Shown here piece by piece: positions 14,901-27,164 of a stretch of DNA of 64,000 bases (positions within the stretch are counted from its first letter, which is position 1; every line of letters starts with the position of its first letter). The DNA is taken from the NCBI GenBank assembly GCA_036172245.1, contig JAYWIR010000024.1:2976001-3040000 (forward strand). The letters run 5' to 3'. This stretch comes from Raillietiella orientalis (lineage: Eukaryota). The notes under the pieces are model-generated. The model searched no databases. It was not told the origin of the DNA and saw only the letters and a program-made list of their open reading frames with translations. The position numbers and the translations under genes were made by a program.

Positions 14901-17900
14901 CTTTCCCACACGCCGGGCTTCCCTTTGTCAAAGAGAGGTGGAGGGAGAGTTTCTCGTTAGCTGCAGGGCAGGCAGAGGACGGGTCAACTAGCAGAGAGGA
15001 GCACCAAAAGATCGTGTGGTGGAAGCTTTTGCCGTCGGAGAAGCGCAGCACTCCCGACTTCCAGCGTGCCTCCCATGTTGGCACCTCGTCGCTCTTGCTG
15101 AGAATGCGAGGACGGCGACTCGCGGCGGGGTCGGTTAAAGTGAAGCGTGGTGCTTCCTGCCCTTGAGGGTCCGCTTCAGAACGCGGCTTTCAGCCCGAGA
15201 CGCGTGACCCCATTGCACCATTCGTGTAGAGCTTTGCAGATTAATTTCCTCTGCAGTGCAAAAATTGCGGGACGGATCGCCGCGCGTCTGCGATGCTGCT
15301 TCGTATTTTCTCACGAGGCATTCCGCCTGTGGATGATTTGTCTTTTAAATGCGGGCTTATCATCTATCTCCACTGGTCTCTCTCTTCTTTCTCAAGGGGA
15401 GAGTTTTCCGCACGCCTTCCTGCTGAAGTCGACTGCCTCGCGCTCATGAATGCGAATCGGGAGCTCTCAATACCGAATTCTCGCGTTCCTTCTCGGAGCC
15501 GCGCGTTTTGTTGATTTTACGGCTTCCCCGCCGAGGGCGGCAGCGTCGCCGGTCGTCGTTTCCTCAGGAAGGTTTCCTCACGTCTTCTCGGCGTGAGGGA
15601 GGTTTTTTCCGCTTCGACCTTTCGCATGCTGGCTCGAGATTCACTGCACACAAGAGTGGCTACATCGGAAGGCCTGCGTCAAAGAGTGGACCGGCAAGTG
15701 GCGAATACTCCGCGCGGGTTTTGCCGTGGAATTTTTTGCACACGGTGCCAAAGAAAAGAAAAAAAAAAAAAGAAAAAAAAGATAGCAACGAAAGCCGTTC
15801 CAAAAGAGCAGGAGGCGTGCTGCCCCTTCAGACCTCCGGGTGCGTGACCACGGAAGCAAGAAGGGAGAGCAGCAAGGGAGATCCATGTCCAGAGCGAAGC
15901 AGATTAGCTCGGTCGGTTTTGGCATCCTCGTTGTCCTTGGCGATGGTGGTATTCCCCGCGTAGGTTTTTTTTTCTGAAGGTGCACTTCGGGTCTGCTAAG
16001 AGATTGCTCTCGAAGGATTGCGAGGGCAGGCCTGCACCCGTCTCCAGGTCAGTTTTTCGTGTTGCTCCTGTTTCTGAGGACTTTATCGTAGATGAGGTAG
16101 ACGGTAGAAGAGCACTTCTCGAGCCATATTCAAATGTTTCGGGATTCCCTCAGAGAAATGAGGATTCGTTGCCATGTGGATCATTAGGTTGCTGCTTTGA
16201 AATGGCTTTGGAGGGGGGAAGGAACTGTTGCTCCCCAAGGGGGAACTGACTGTTGGGGGGTTGGTCCGTATGCAGGTGCCCTCCCTGTTGATTCGTGTGG
16301 TTCCAAGGAAACGTCTTTCTTTCCGAATCCCGGGAAGCTGTGCACGCAAGAGATAGTAGTTCTTGTCGCAGAGCAAGGTTTCGCCTCCGTGTCTGGAAAG
16401 TGCAGCCAGGGATGGCAGGCGAAATGGTGCTGAAGAACGGCTTCATCTCGTGACTCTCCCCACGCTTTTAGGCGGATGGACGAAAAGCATGGACTACTCC
16501 CACGAAGTACGCGTGTCCAATGAATACTGGTACAAAAATGTGTGAACACATTTTTGTAGAGGGCCTTAGGAAATGGGGAAGGCATCCTCTCTGCCCATCT
16601 GATACGCTTCTGCTGTCTGCCCTCCGCGCTTTCGCTTTGCATCTCCCGTGCGCAGGTTGTTCCTACTTAGAGACGATTTCCTGTTTCCAGTTTTCTGGTT
16701 TTCGACCTTCACGGGGTGATTCAGGGATTCTACACTTTGATCTTAGCCAAAAGGCCGAGAAGCGATGCTAACCAGGGACGTGTAAGCTGGCTGCCCCCAT
16801 GGCTCGAACGCATGCTTCCCTTTCGGCTTTCTTCCACTTCCGATAAGACGGCGCTGCTTCAGGTCAGCCTGGCGAGATGGACCGCGGTCGCTTCTCGGCG
16901 TGTTGGCTAAGGTTAAGGTGGACTCTCTCTGGCCATCTGCGCGGAAGCGCTGTGTTCGTGGTGCGGTGATCTCCTTGATGAGTTCGAAAGAGCCCCCAGG
17001 CTTCCGAGTAGGAGGAGACCTGGAGGGATACCAGGGAGGATCTTTTCTTTTCTTTTTTTTCTTTTAAAAAAAGGTGGAAGTAAGCATAAAAAGAAAACAA
17101 ACTTCATATCCGTCAGTTTTGTCAACAAATATGTGGATGGTTTCTAACTGTGCCGAGATGGGGAAAATATTTGCGACGAGCGTCGCGGAAAGGAAAGGGT
17201 CGTTTCCATGGAGTGCAGCGATTAACGAAAGCAAATTTCGGTGTTTCGTTGTTTCTTGCAGCGAGCGTTCCTTCGTGTTGCCAAACTTTCTGATGGTTGA
17301 CTTGGAAATCTTTCAAGCAACATCGGAAAGGAGCACAAAAAAGAAAGAAAGAAAGAAAGAAAAAAAAAAGAAGCAGAAAAGAGGACAGGAGTTTTGTTTC
17401 CGGTTGAAGATTTTCGTTCTTGAGCTCACGAGATTTTTGACAACATCATTAGAATAAACGGACTTTTGGAAGTTTGTCAGACGTGAGGGAAATAGGGTGA
17501 GGAAGGACCGAAAGTAGCAAGCGTACTTAAGCGCGTCCATTGACGCCGCTAGGCCTTTTTTTTTTTTTCCCCCCTCTCTCTCTGTTACCGTAACGTTCAA
17601 AAGTCAATCCGGTCGTTTTGCCGTTTCCAGTTCGAAGAAGGAAAGTGGGAACCCCTTGCCGCGACAACGGTCGTGATGCAGCCGCCTCACTGTTTAGAGC
17701 CCGATCGGAAGATCGCAGCATCTTCGTGCACATGCAATTTGGGCCATCCACCATCGATCGGTCCATGCCGCGGAAGAGTTTCAGCAGCAGGAGCGGATCG
17801 CATGATCAAAGCGTTTAGATGAGTCAGGCACTCATGGGGCACGACGATGATGTTTTAACTTGTAATGTTGCTCCTGATGCTGAGATGACAGCGGACAAGC

Positions 17901-20715
17901 CTATCTATCTATCTATTTGTCTGCCTCTCTCTCTCGCGCGCGCTGCTGTATGTGGATGGATAGTTTTTGAGTTTGACAGGAGGGGGAAAAAAAGAGAGAG
18001 GAGAACCATATCGTTGAAGGTTTGCAGATTTACTCCCAGAAGGGATGCTGCGTGTTAGTCTGGAAAATTAATGCATAGGAAGTCGTAATCTCCTTAGTTT
18101 ATGGGACCGAGAGACAAAATAAGGAATTCATGAATTCATGAAATGCATCGTCGTTGATAAACTGAAAGGGGAAGCCTCGCGCACAGACGGTTCGCGCGCA
18201 CACGATGGGTTCCCAAAGGCTAATCATCGGGAACGATTCTCCCCCTCCTCCCTGTACCCTAGCTCGCCCGCGAGCACAAAGAAGTGGAATTCCTTTGTTT
18301 CATTACAGCAAGCGGGAAGTCGTTGGCGCGGATTCCTGTCGATGGTGGTGCATTTTTTCCCCGCTCTCTCTCTCTCTCTCTCTCTTTGCACTCACGGCTC
18401 ATCTCGGAGCGGATCGCGTCATGGAACTCTTGGTTGTCGAAGGAACACCTCGACCTTCGCTGCTGCTGCTGCTGACCGGGGAAGGGGGGACACTTGTCGA
18501 GGCGATACAAGCACCTTGAAGAGAAGGAGAAAGAAAGAAAGGAGAACAGTCCATCAACGACAGGGGTCAACCTACTAAGAAGAGTAGCTGGAAATACCGA
18601 ATGGTGGAGGGAGGAGGTCGCACGAGTCAACTCTGTCCCAGGAGTCCCTCTCAGAAAGTGGGGTCGTGCGTTGTGCTAACCGACCTTCGTTAAAGGTCGG
18701 TTAATGTAGGTGCACGTAGGTGTATCATCTCATCTCGCACGCGCCTTATCCCAAGCTGTCTGAGCAGTGGGCTTGTGGTTGCACCGCTTGCGAATCAGGA
18801 GGGTCAGGGTGGGCGATAAGAACACTGGGGAAACAATTTCTGTATCCCCGCTTTTGTCGAAGGCTGTTTCTTCCGGATAAGATATTCCTGATAGCAGATC
18901 CTTTCCGTGTTCCTTTCGGGAGCAACCAGGGCGGAGGGTTCCCTTCGGAGATCCCTCCCCCAGACGCGAGAGGAACGGACTCCCTTCTCCTTAACCCTTC
19001 CTGGATTTGTGGGGTGGTCCCCTCCCGGAGTACCTTCTATCCTGAAGAATTCCACGCAGCCTCGGGTGGCGTGGAACAGTGCTAAAGAGCTGCGTGAGCC
19101 GCCAGGCGCGCGATGGTCCTTGAGGCACTTAGCGAACCCCCAAAAGGCAGTTTCCTTGGTGATCTGGGTGTTTCCGTCCGCTGCGTGCGTGTGCGTTGCC
19201 ATCGGTTCAGAAATATCCCGTGACCACGTCTCACACCCGTGACGATGCTTTAAAGGAGTTTGCGGAAGGAACTGAATGGGGAATAGAGGGTCACAGCTCT
19301 CAGAAAGACGAGCTCTGCGCGCGTGCGCACGAGAAGAGCGCTGACCGGTTTGCTGGTCGCGTCCGTGGAGATGGGGCGTCAGTGCGCACTGCTGCAAGCC
19401 GCCATCCGTTGAAGAGGAAGTTGGCAGGCGGGCAAGCAGCATTCGTGCTTGTCGTCGAGTAGGGAGTGCCATCTGAACAGAAGGAGTGGGTAGTGGGATT
19501 ACCCTGAAGGACATGTACGAGCAGCGGGGCAGAAGGAACCCATCGCGCAGGCTACGCTGTCCGCAGCGCCTCGTTCGTGGCATCCCTTGACCGTTGTTTC
19601 GTTGGTGATGTCACGGACAGTGTCATCACCCTACTCCTGCCGCAGGAAGGTGCCCTGTTGAAATTACTGTCTCTATGCTGCTACTACGCGCTTCTTGTGC
19701 CCCTACCCACGTTACGCCCGAGGACCTCGTTCGCAAAGCGGAAACGAGAAGTTTTCCGATGACAGGAAGCAGGAAAAAGAGGTCGCGAAGTGACTCTATA
19801 CCGATTATGGGTTCTCGCCACGTGCATTTGGGCGACAGAATGTAAAAAACGCACGCGTCTTCCGGAGGCTGGAAGCTCGTAGGCGATGGCTTCAACCCTT
19901 GACCCATGCCCGATCTGCCACCTTTTTTTTCGCCGCAACTTCGAAGTTCACCAGTTCAGGAAGGTCTAGTCCACTGTTTCTTCTTGTCTTTTGCACGTGA
20001 GGCGTCGCACCCCAATCGTTAAGGTGTTTTCTCTGTTCTGTCCAGTTCCCTGTTCATAGTGGCAGTCGGCACGGGGTCACTCCTGCCGTCGGGCGCAGCA
20101 CCCTTCGTTTTGGTGGATAGGGAGGGAATGGGCGAGCACAATCCGTTCGGGCGCTTTTTTTTTTTTTTGCGTTGGTTGCTTGGATACTGCTGCAACGTAT
20201 TCTGCGGGCCCACGTAAGGCCCTGTCCCCTTCTCTGCCTCTCTCTCGCGCGCACACACACAACGGTGTTTCTGATCGGCGCCCAGTGACGAGCAGAATCA
20301 GAGTCACTCTTTGGGCGCAGAGGAGAGAAGTCTGTCGTGCATCATTTTCGGTTTGTTACCTGCGTCTTGGGTTTCGAAGGTACTTTCCGTGGGCACAAGA
20401 GAACACAACGTACACTGAACGGGCAGCGCTTTGCGTGAATGCCGAACTGCGCCAGAAGGACGTTGCTTTTGTGCGCTTCCGAACCGCCGAAGACCCAGGT
20501 TGCTTTTCGCGTGAAGTGCTGTGCTCAAGCGCGCATGTGTACACTTCGCTTTTGGTGAGAATAGCGAGAATTTGTTGTTGTTGTTGACGATTCTGGTTTG
20601 TTCTTATTTTGCGATCCTGGATTTCAGGAAGAGGAGGAAGAAGGAAAAACAAGTGTGTCCTCGCCCGCTGCCCTACCACTTAGCCCATGGAAGTTTTTAA
20701 AGGAATGGCGGTTCA

Positions 20716-22639
20716 ATGAAAACCGCTCACTCCACGAATACCACGATGGGATGTGGGAACAAAAATGGCGTGGAAGGCACCACGAAGTTTGAGTACGAGA
20801 ATGATGAATGGGACACGCCTCCCATCGGCGACCTCATCATCGATCTCGACGCTGACATCGAGAAGAACACGGAGCAGGAAGACGTCGGTAGGACTTCGGC
20901 GTCCGTCCCTTCCGCCAAGGGCATTAAGCTGACCATCAAGCGCTCCAAGCCCGGATCGCGGATGCTGGAAGCTAAACACGTGGTGGTGCAGCCAGATGAC
21001 AACAGCAAGATGAAGCGTGCCGGCACTCACAAGCGGGAGAGAGCTCAAGAAAAGGTCCGCGTTCCAGGGAACGCCGCCAACGGGGTGCTATCCCCCGTGA
21101 GGAAGGACGCTGACAGCAGGCATTCGGACCCCAGCAGCAAAAGGCTCCGTCCTGACAACGAAAGTTGCTCCCCAGAAGTTCTGAGGAAACCTGCCGAAGA
21201 GACACTGAAGAAGTCTCCCGAGGAAATCTCTCAGTCTGCCATGGCGAGAACCCAAGATGCGGCGGTCGGCACCAGCGTGGCGACGTCGACAGAGCCGGAC
21301 TGCCTGGGTCCCTGCGATCCTGGAACTTCAGTCACGCTCGAAGGCATAGTGTGGCACGAGTCCACCGGCGTGTTGGTTGTCAACGTCACCTGGCGCAGCC
21401 GCACTTACATAGGAACTCTTCTAGACTGCACGAAACACGACTGGGAGCCTCCTAAGTAAGGTCACTGAGGGTATCGCGAGGGCAGCTTCCTCTCTAGGTT
21501 CACGGATTTGTTCCTTGCCGACCATGCCGAGCCGAAGATGCCGAAGGGCCGGGGAAAGAAGGGCAGGACGAACCTGCCTGGCGCCGAGCCGCCGACCGAA
21601 ACACGTTCCACCGTGAAGCTGAGGACCACGGCCAAAAGGCGCAGGACGGGAGCCCCCTTTACCGCCTCTCCTTCCCCTGTCAAGTCTGACTCGGGGAAGC
21701 GTAGGACTCCTTCGAGAACGACGACGACGACGGCGACGGCGGCGACGACGACCGATTCGGACGTGGGGTCACCCCAGGACTCACGCAAGCGAAGCCGCAC
21801 GTCATCGCGCGGCACGCCCACGCAGTGCTCGAGTCCGGTGCTTCTGGATGCTCCTCCGTCTCCGCTGCTCATCGAATGTCCCGAGCCGAATTGCGGCAAG
21901 AAGTACCGGCACATCAACGGGTTGCGCTACCACCAGACTCACGCGCACCAGCCGGAAGCGTCCTCCGAACCCGAGGACGGCTCCTGCAGTCCGCCGGTGA
22001 AAATCAAAGAGGAACCTGTGTCCGCCGAAGAACTGGTCGAGGAGATGCATTGTGCCCCAAGCACCACAGTCGAGGATGCCAGCACGCAGGCCGAAGAGGA
22101 AGAGTGCCCTTCGGAACCACAGGGCGATTTAGGATCCTCCGATCGTCTGCTTCCCTCGCCTCCCCCGGTAGTGGCACCCTCGCCCCCGCTTCCTCCTCCA
22201 CCTCGTCAGGACGAGCCTCCACCGTCAGAGGCTCCTCCAGATTCGCGTCAGTCGTCTCACCCCCAGCAGCAGCAGCAGCAACCTCAGCTACTGCATCTCC
22301 CATCCCATCCACAGCCCCAACCTCTGGGCCCACCCGTGGCGACGGTGTTCCCCCAACAGGCCGTTCCTCTGATCCCTCCCAAAGTGGATCCCGCGAAGAA
22401 CTGCGGCTCCAACCCCAGTGTTGCCGCTACCGCTTCATCCGTGAAGCTGCGACCCACGGCGCAGGTGCAGCCCGCCCTGAACTTCATCAAGGCTGCTCTT
22501 CCTCAAGTGCCGTCCCCAGAGATGTTTCCTTCTGATCGTGCCACGAAATGCAAAAAAATCAAACTCAAAGAGGACAAAGCGGATGAAGAGTACACGACCC
22601 TCCGTGAGGATGGCGTTGACCTGGCCCGAAGGCATCTGG

Positions 22640-22682
<43 letters not shown>

Positions 22683-23904
22683 GCAGTCTTTCGACGCGGG
22701 TCTTGGCAATGCCCACAGCCCCGCTTACTCGGATATCTCAGACGCCGGGGCCGGGAGCGAACCCAGTGATAAGGAGGACGACGTGCGGGAGAAGCACCCG
22801 ATGGACTCGGGGAAACCCTTCAGCGTGTACCCCTTCTACTCCGGTCCCTACATCCCGCAGGCGGTCGAAGTTTCGGAGAAGGAAAAGGACTCCCGTTTGT
22901 GCTCAGCCGCCGCCGCCTCCCCATTCCCCTATTTCGGTTTCCCGTCCTTCCCTTACGACTCGGCTTACGTGCGCCGTCCCCCCGTCAAAGAGGAAAACTC
23001 GCAGACCCTTGCAGCGGCAGGGAAGCCTCGGGACGAAATGACGCGGCCTCCTCCACTCCTTGCTTCCAAGCTCGCGAGCAACCCTCCCGTTCCCGAAGAC
23101 GTCAAGAAGACCGACGGGAATCCTGGGGGGAAGTTCTCGAAGTCTCCGTCCGGCGTCGCCCACCACCGCTCCTCCAAGGGCGGCGGAGGCAGCAGTTCCG
23201 TTCTGAAGAGCAGTGGTCCCTACGTGCGCTACGAGGCCTCGCATGTCGGGAAGGAGGGCCGCCCTTCAGATCGCTGCAAGCAGGAAGCCGCGAGATCCAC
23301 CCCCTCGGAAAACCAGGGTCCAGGCCCTCACTCCCACATGGGGAACTACGTGCACCCAGCTTTCGTGCCCGCGTCTCCCTTTGCGATCGCCCCCTTCGAC
23401 GCGTCCACCTCCATGTTCCGCCCCATCAATCCCATCCTTCTGACCCCTTCCTATAGCCCCGGCCCGTACATCCCGCCGCCCATGAGTTACCTGTCCAGCC
23501 CGGACCCTCAGGACCTCAGCTCGAAGGCTCCCAAAGCCCTCGACCTGCTGCAGTACTATTCCGCTCACAAGATCCACGAGCTGCAGGAGAGAGCCATGCG
23601 GTCACCCCCCGGAGTCACCGCGACCTCGCGACCTGCTGTCTCCGCATCCAGCAAGAACTCGGAGCAGAACCCCGCCGGTGCCGCGTCTGTGACTGCCGAC
23701 CGAGGGCGCTCCCCTCCCGCCCAGAGGCACGTTCACACGCATCACCACACGCATGTGGGGCTGGGGTACCCACTGCAGTACCCCGCGCCGTACGCGGGCG
23801 ATTGGCCCTCGTCAGGACAGGGTCCCCAGCCCACCCCGATATTAGCTAGTCAGCAGGCGGTGGCTGCTGCTGCTGTTATGGCTCCGTATATCCCTCCCAA
23901 GTGA
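20716..23904 (+). CDS. sbb: Scribbler/Brakeless (ZNF608/ZNF609 family) transcriptional co-regulator, join(20716..21455,21498..23904), ~1048 aa
   Basis: Family motifs: [67 protein letters not shown]; single C2H2 finger [66 protein letters not shown] 42-nt GTAAG..CTAG intron (21456-21497) joins the two ORFs in frame (PPK/FTD). Start could instead be ATG 20746; a likely 5'UTR acceptor (TTTCAG) lies at ~20627. Confidence 0.93.
22642..22686 (+). repeat. CAG/CAA repeat encoding Q15 within scribbler
   Basis: 15 consecutive CAG/CAA codons in the 21508..23904 frame. Confidence 0.95.
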
Positions 23905-24054
23905 CGTCTCCGGGATCGCCTCGCCGGAAACGCTCGTGTGAAATTTCCCCCTGGATGTCGCCTCCTTCCCCGGATCGCACCTCGCGGGGCCGCGGGCAGC
24001 GTGCCCTACTCCCTCCCTCTTCCCCGTCTTTTTAGCACGTAGTAAAACGCAGTG

Positions 24055-24060
24055 AATAAA
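24055..24060 (+). promoter_or_regulatory. Putative polyadenylation signal of scribbler
   Basis: AATAAA ~150 nt after the stop codon in an otherwise GC-rich region, followed by a GT/T-rich element (GTGTCTTTTTGT ~24079). Confidence 0.65.
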
Positions 24061-27000
24061 AACTGTGATCACCTCGAGGTGTCTTTTTGTGGGGGTTCCG
24101 GCTGGCACTTCCGGTCCACCGCCCGCATCCGCAACCTGGATGTTGCTTCTCCTCTAGTGGTGGCAGTGATGGTGGTCGCCGTCGTCGTGGAACCCCGGAC
24201 GGGACGGGAAAGCTCCGTCCTCGCCTTCTCGGCGCCGCTTTCGGGAAGGCAGGGAGGAGGTTTTCCTCCGTAGCTCCCGTTTGCGGGGCAGGATGCAGGG
24301 ACCGGGAAGCGTGCTTAAGGAGGAAGCGCTCCCGGGGCAGGCGGAAGCCGTGCCGCCCTGGGGCGAGTTCCTGGCATCGTTCCGTGGACCACATGCGTCC
24401 CGGATTGGAGGAGGCACGCCTTTGCAGCGGAGGGCAGAAGGCAGTGCCCATGTGAATCTCGGCGGGAGGCTGGCGCCTTCGGCCGTGGCTCTACTTCCCA
24501 AGAGCTTCCCGCGCGAGGTTACATCAGGGGCTTCACCGCGAAGGTGGTGCGGCGCGGAGAGAGGGCCGGCCGGTCGCAGAGCGCGGTCTGCTGCCATCTC
24601 CCCCGCTTCGCTCTAGGCGCAGACCAACCACCATGGGCACCGCACCCAAGGCGCCAGCGCCTTCTGCGCGAGCGGGTGCGCCTACCACTCAGGGGTAGTG
24701 GTGGTGGGGGTGCCACTCATAGTTTCCAGGTCACCCCTAAGCGCGCCTCCGGCGCCCTTCTTCGCCTCATTTTCGTCAGCGAGCTCTTTGCCGCTTCCAC
24801 ACAGCAGGGAGGTCACCGTCGTTTTTCAGGTGATGGAAGCGGGAAGGACAGCAGGTCCTTTGCACGGCGATGGTCATGGAGTTGGCGTGGACGCCGCCGT
24901 TCGGCCACCCGTTGCGAGGAAGCGCATTTGTGCATGGGGTGGTTATCGCTGGAGGAGGGGGGGGACTTCTTTCCTCCCTGCTCTTCCCCCGTGCTGACCC
25001 CTCCGAGATCCTCAACTCGTGCCGGCAATCCTTGCAGGCCGTGCGCCGCCAGCAGCCGCCGGGTCGACGGCGGCCCCCTGGTTCGGTCACCGCGGTTCCC
25101 CACGCCCATGCGTCGGGAACCGCGGTGCCTGGGGATACGCCCTTCCTCCTCCGTCTGGAAGGAGGAAGGGCGTATCCCCAGGAGCCGAACGGAGCAGAAG
25201 AGGTGGCTGCGGTCGAGGTCCGCCGCCGGGGAATGCCGTGGTCACGAGGCGGTGGGGGTCGCAGCGCCACTCCCCCACCGAAGGGCTTGGGGTGATGAAG
25301 GGGAGGCGGCCTCCTCGCTTCGCCCACCTCGGGAGCCGCCGCCCTCCGGGATGGTCTCCGAGACCCAGCTTCGGGTCGCCCCGGACGCAAGCTGGTGCCA
25401 GCGATGTCCGATCCCGTGACGACCAGCGGCACGGGATAGAGGGGAAGGGGGTGCACCCTGGAACGCATCCAGAGAAGCTCCTTCCCTTCCCTCTTTCCTT
25501 CCCGGAAGCCGCCGGTTTTCCCTTCGGCGTCGCCCGCGCACCCCCACCCTTTTTTTCTTTCGCGGACGGCTCTGGAAAGACCGAATTACGGAAAAAAGTA
25601 GGCCCAATGGGGGTCGGCAGCCTTGTCCCCCGAATAGTGCGGGAAGTGTACTACAGAGGCGCGCAGCTACTTGGAAAAGGGGGGCGGGGAGGGGGAGGAG
25701 CATTCCAGAGGTGTGCCGGTCGGCTGCCTGCCCCCTTTCCTGGAGCTGCACGCTGCCCCTACGGCTACCCCACGACTCCCCTCCCCCCCATCGGGAAGGG
25801 ACGGATCTCGGGCAGGAGCTACCGAGAGGAAGGGCGAAAGGTTGACGGGATTGAGGGTGTCTCCAGGGTCTTCATCTCTCTGGGCGCTCACCCAGGTGTT
25901 GCCGAGCGACAGCGGGCGCGGTCGTCGGCTGCAGACCTTCCGGCGAGCACCTCGCGCCACTGCTGCGCGCCCTGGGGCGCCTTTCCGTCCCCTCGCCTCC
26001 CGCCGGAGGCCCCCCTTCCCTCCTCCGCACGGAGGTCGCTCCCCACGGGAGTCCCGTCCTGGAGGAGTTCCGCGCAGGCGCCGCCGCCTGCCTGCCTTCC
26101 GCGTCGGGGACGAGCGCGACTTGGGTGGACCGCGACCATCTTCGGGAGGAGTCGGGATGTCCTCGGGCATCTTCCGTCCTGGGCACAGCAGCGCGGCGGT
26201 GGCTCCCTTTTCCTTCTGGGGACCTCCCTCCGCGAGGTAGGGAGCGGGGAGCGCGCCCCACCCCTCCCCCGCGTGCGCACGCGCCTCGCCCTCGGCCTCT
26301 GCGTGCATTCGTGTGGAGTTTGCGAGAGGTGACGCGCCGCCGCTACATGCGCGGTGGGTGTGACGGGGGGCAGCGGCGCACCACCTTCCGCGCGTGCCGT
26401 CGAGCGGGGGAGGAGGAGGAGGGGGAATATTGGCGGCCGCCTCCCCGAAAGCGCTCCCGAAAGCGTGTGGGACTTCCGACGAGAGTGAGTAGCTCAACAG
26501 GGTGCTTGGTCATCTCGGGAACCAGCTGGAGTGGCGCCCTTGCGCGCGGGGAGTCTGGAAGGCGGGGGGAGCGAGCGAGCGGCTCTGCGGTGACGCCGAT
26601 GCTTTCCTTGCGCGCGCTCGGTGGCCGTGCCGAGCGACCCGCAATCCTCCTCGTTCAAACAGAAGTTCGTTCCCACTCTTCCCCCCCCCCTCCCTCCCTC
26701 TCTTTCTCTCTCTCCCCGACCGACCGTGTGTGTTTGCGTCGGGCCGTCGCCACGCACCACCCGCGGTGCACGAGTGTTGAGGCCCGTTCCCAACGAGCGC
26801 CTGCCTCCTCGCATCCCCTTCGAGGAAGAACACTTCGAGAGATGCGCGATAGGGGAACGGGTTGCTCGGGTGCGCCGCATCTTCTGCGCTCGAAAGCCAG
26901 TCTTCGAGATCGAATGGGCCTGGGGATTTGCACCATCCGCTTCATCCGGGAACGCGGTGCACGTTTCGCCGGGGTGTGCAGCACGTGACTAACTGGGGTG

Positions 27001-27080
27001 CATCAACCGGGGCGCGCCGCTCACACTCTGCCCGGTCTTGCTTGCAGCTTATGGAGGCACAAGCGCGTAAGTTGTTACGA

Positions 27081-27152
27081 GCGCTGGTGGTGTAGTGGTT
27101 AACATAGTTGCCTTCCAAGCAATTGTCCCGGGTTCGATTCCCGGCTAGCGCA
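27081..27152 (+). tRNA. tRNA-Gly, anticodon TCC, intronless
   Basis: GCGCTGG/CTAGCGC acceptor stem plus discriminator A, A-box TGGTGTAGTGG, anticodon arm GTTGC-CTTCCAA-GCAAT, T-arm CCGGG-TTCGATT-CCCGG; closely matches the canonical metazoan tRNA-Gly(TCC). Confidence 0.97.
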
Positions 27153-27160
27153 ACCCCTCG

Positions 27161-27164
27161 TTTT
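27161..27164 (+). terminator. Putative RNA polymerase III terminator (TTTT)
   Basis: T4 run 8 nt downstream of the tRNA 3' end. Confidence 0.6.

Noticed and set aside
14159..15166. 335-aa ORF, and similar ORFs at 1326-2060, 10107-10985, 13190-13882 and 40726-41325
   Set aside because: No recognisable motifs, several run through homopolymers or microsatellites or lack ATG starts, and there is no consistent exon chain.
23790..23850. Possible cryptic intron in the scribbler C-terminus ([11 protein letters not shown] insertion)
   Set aside because: No convincing donor/acceptor pair that keeps the flanking conserved residues; the frame is open anyway.
24000..27050. Many long overlapping ORFs (e.g. 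25019-26332, 437 aa; 24544-25419; 26125-26988)
   Set aside because: Arg/Pro/Gly/Ala low-complexity products open in several frames on both strands, as expected in very GC-rich DNA; no domain motifs.
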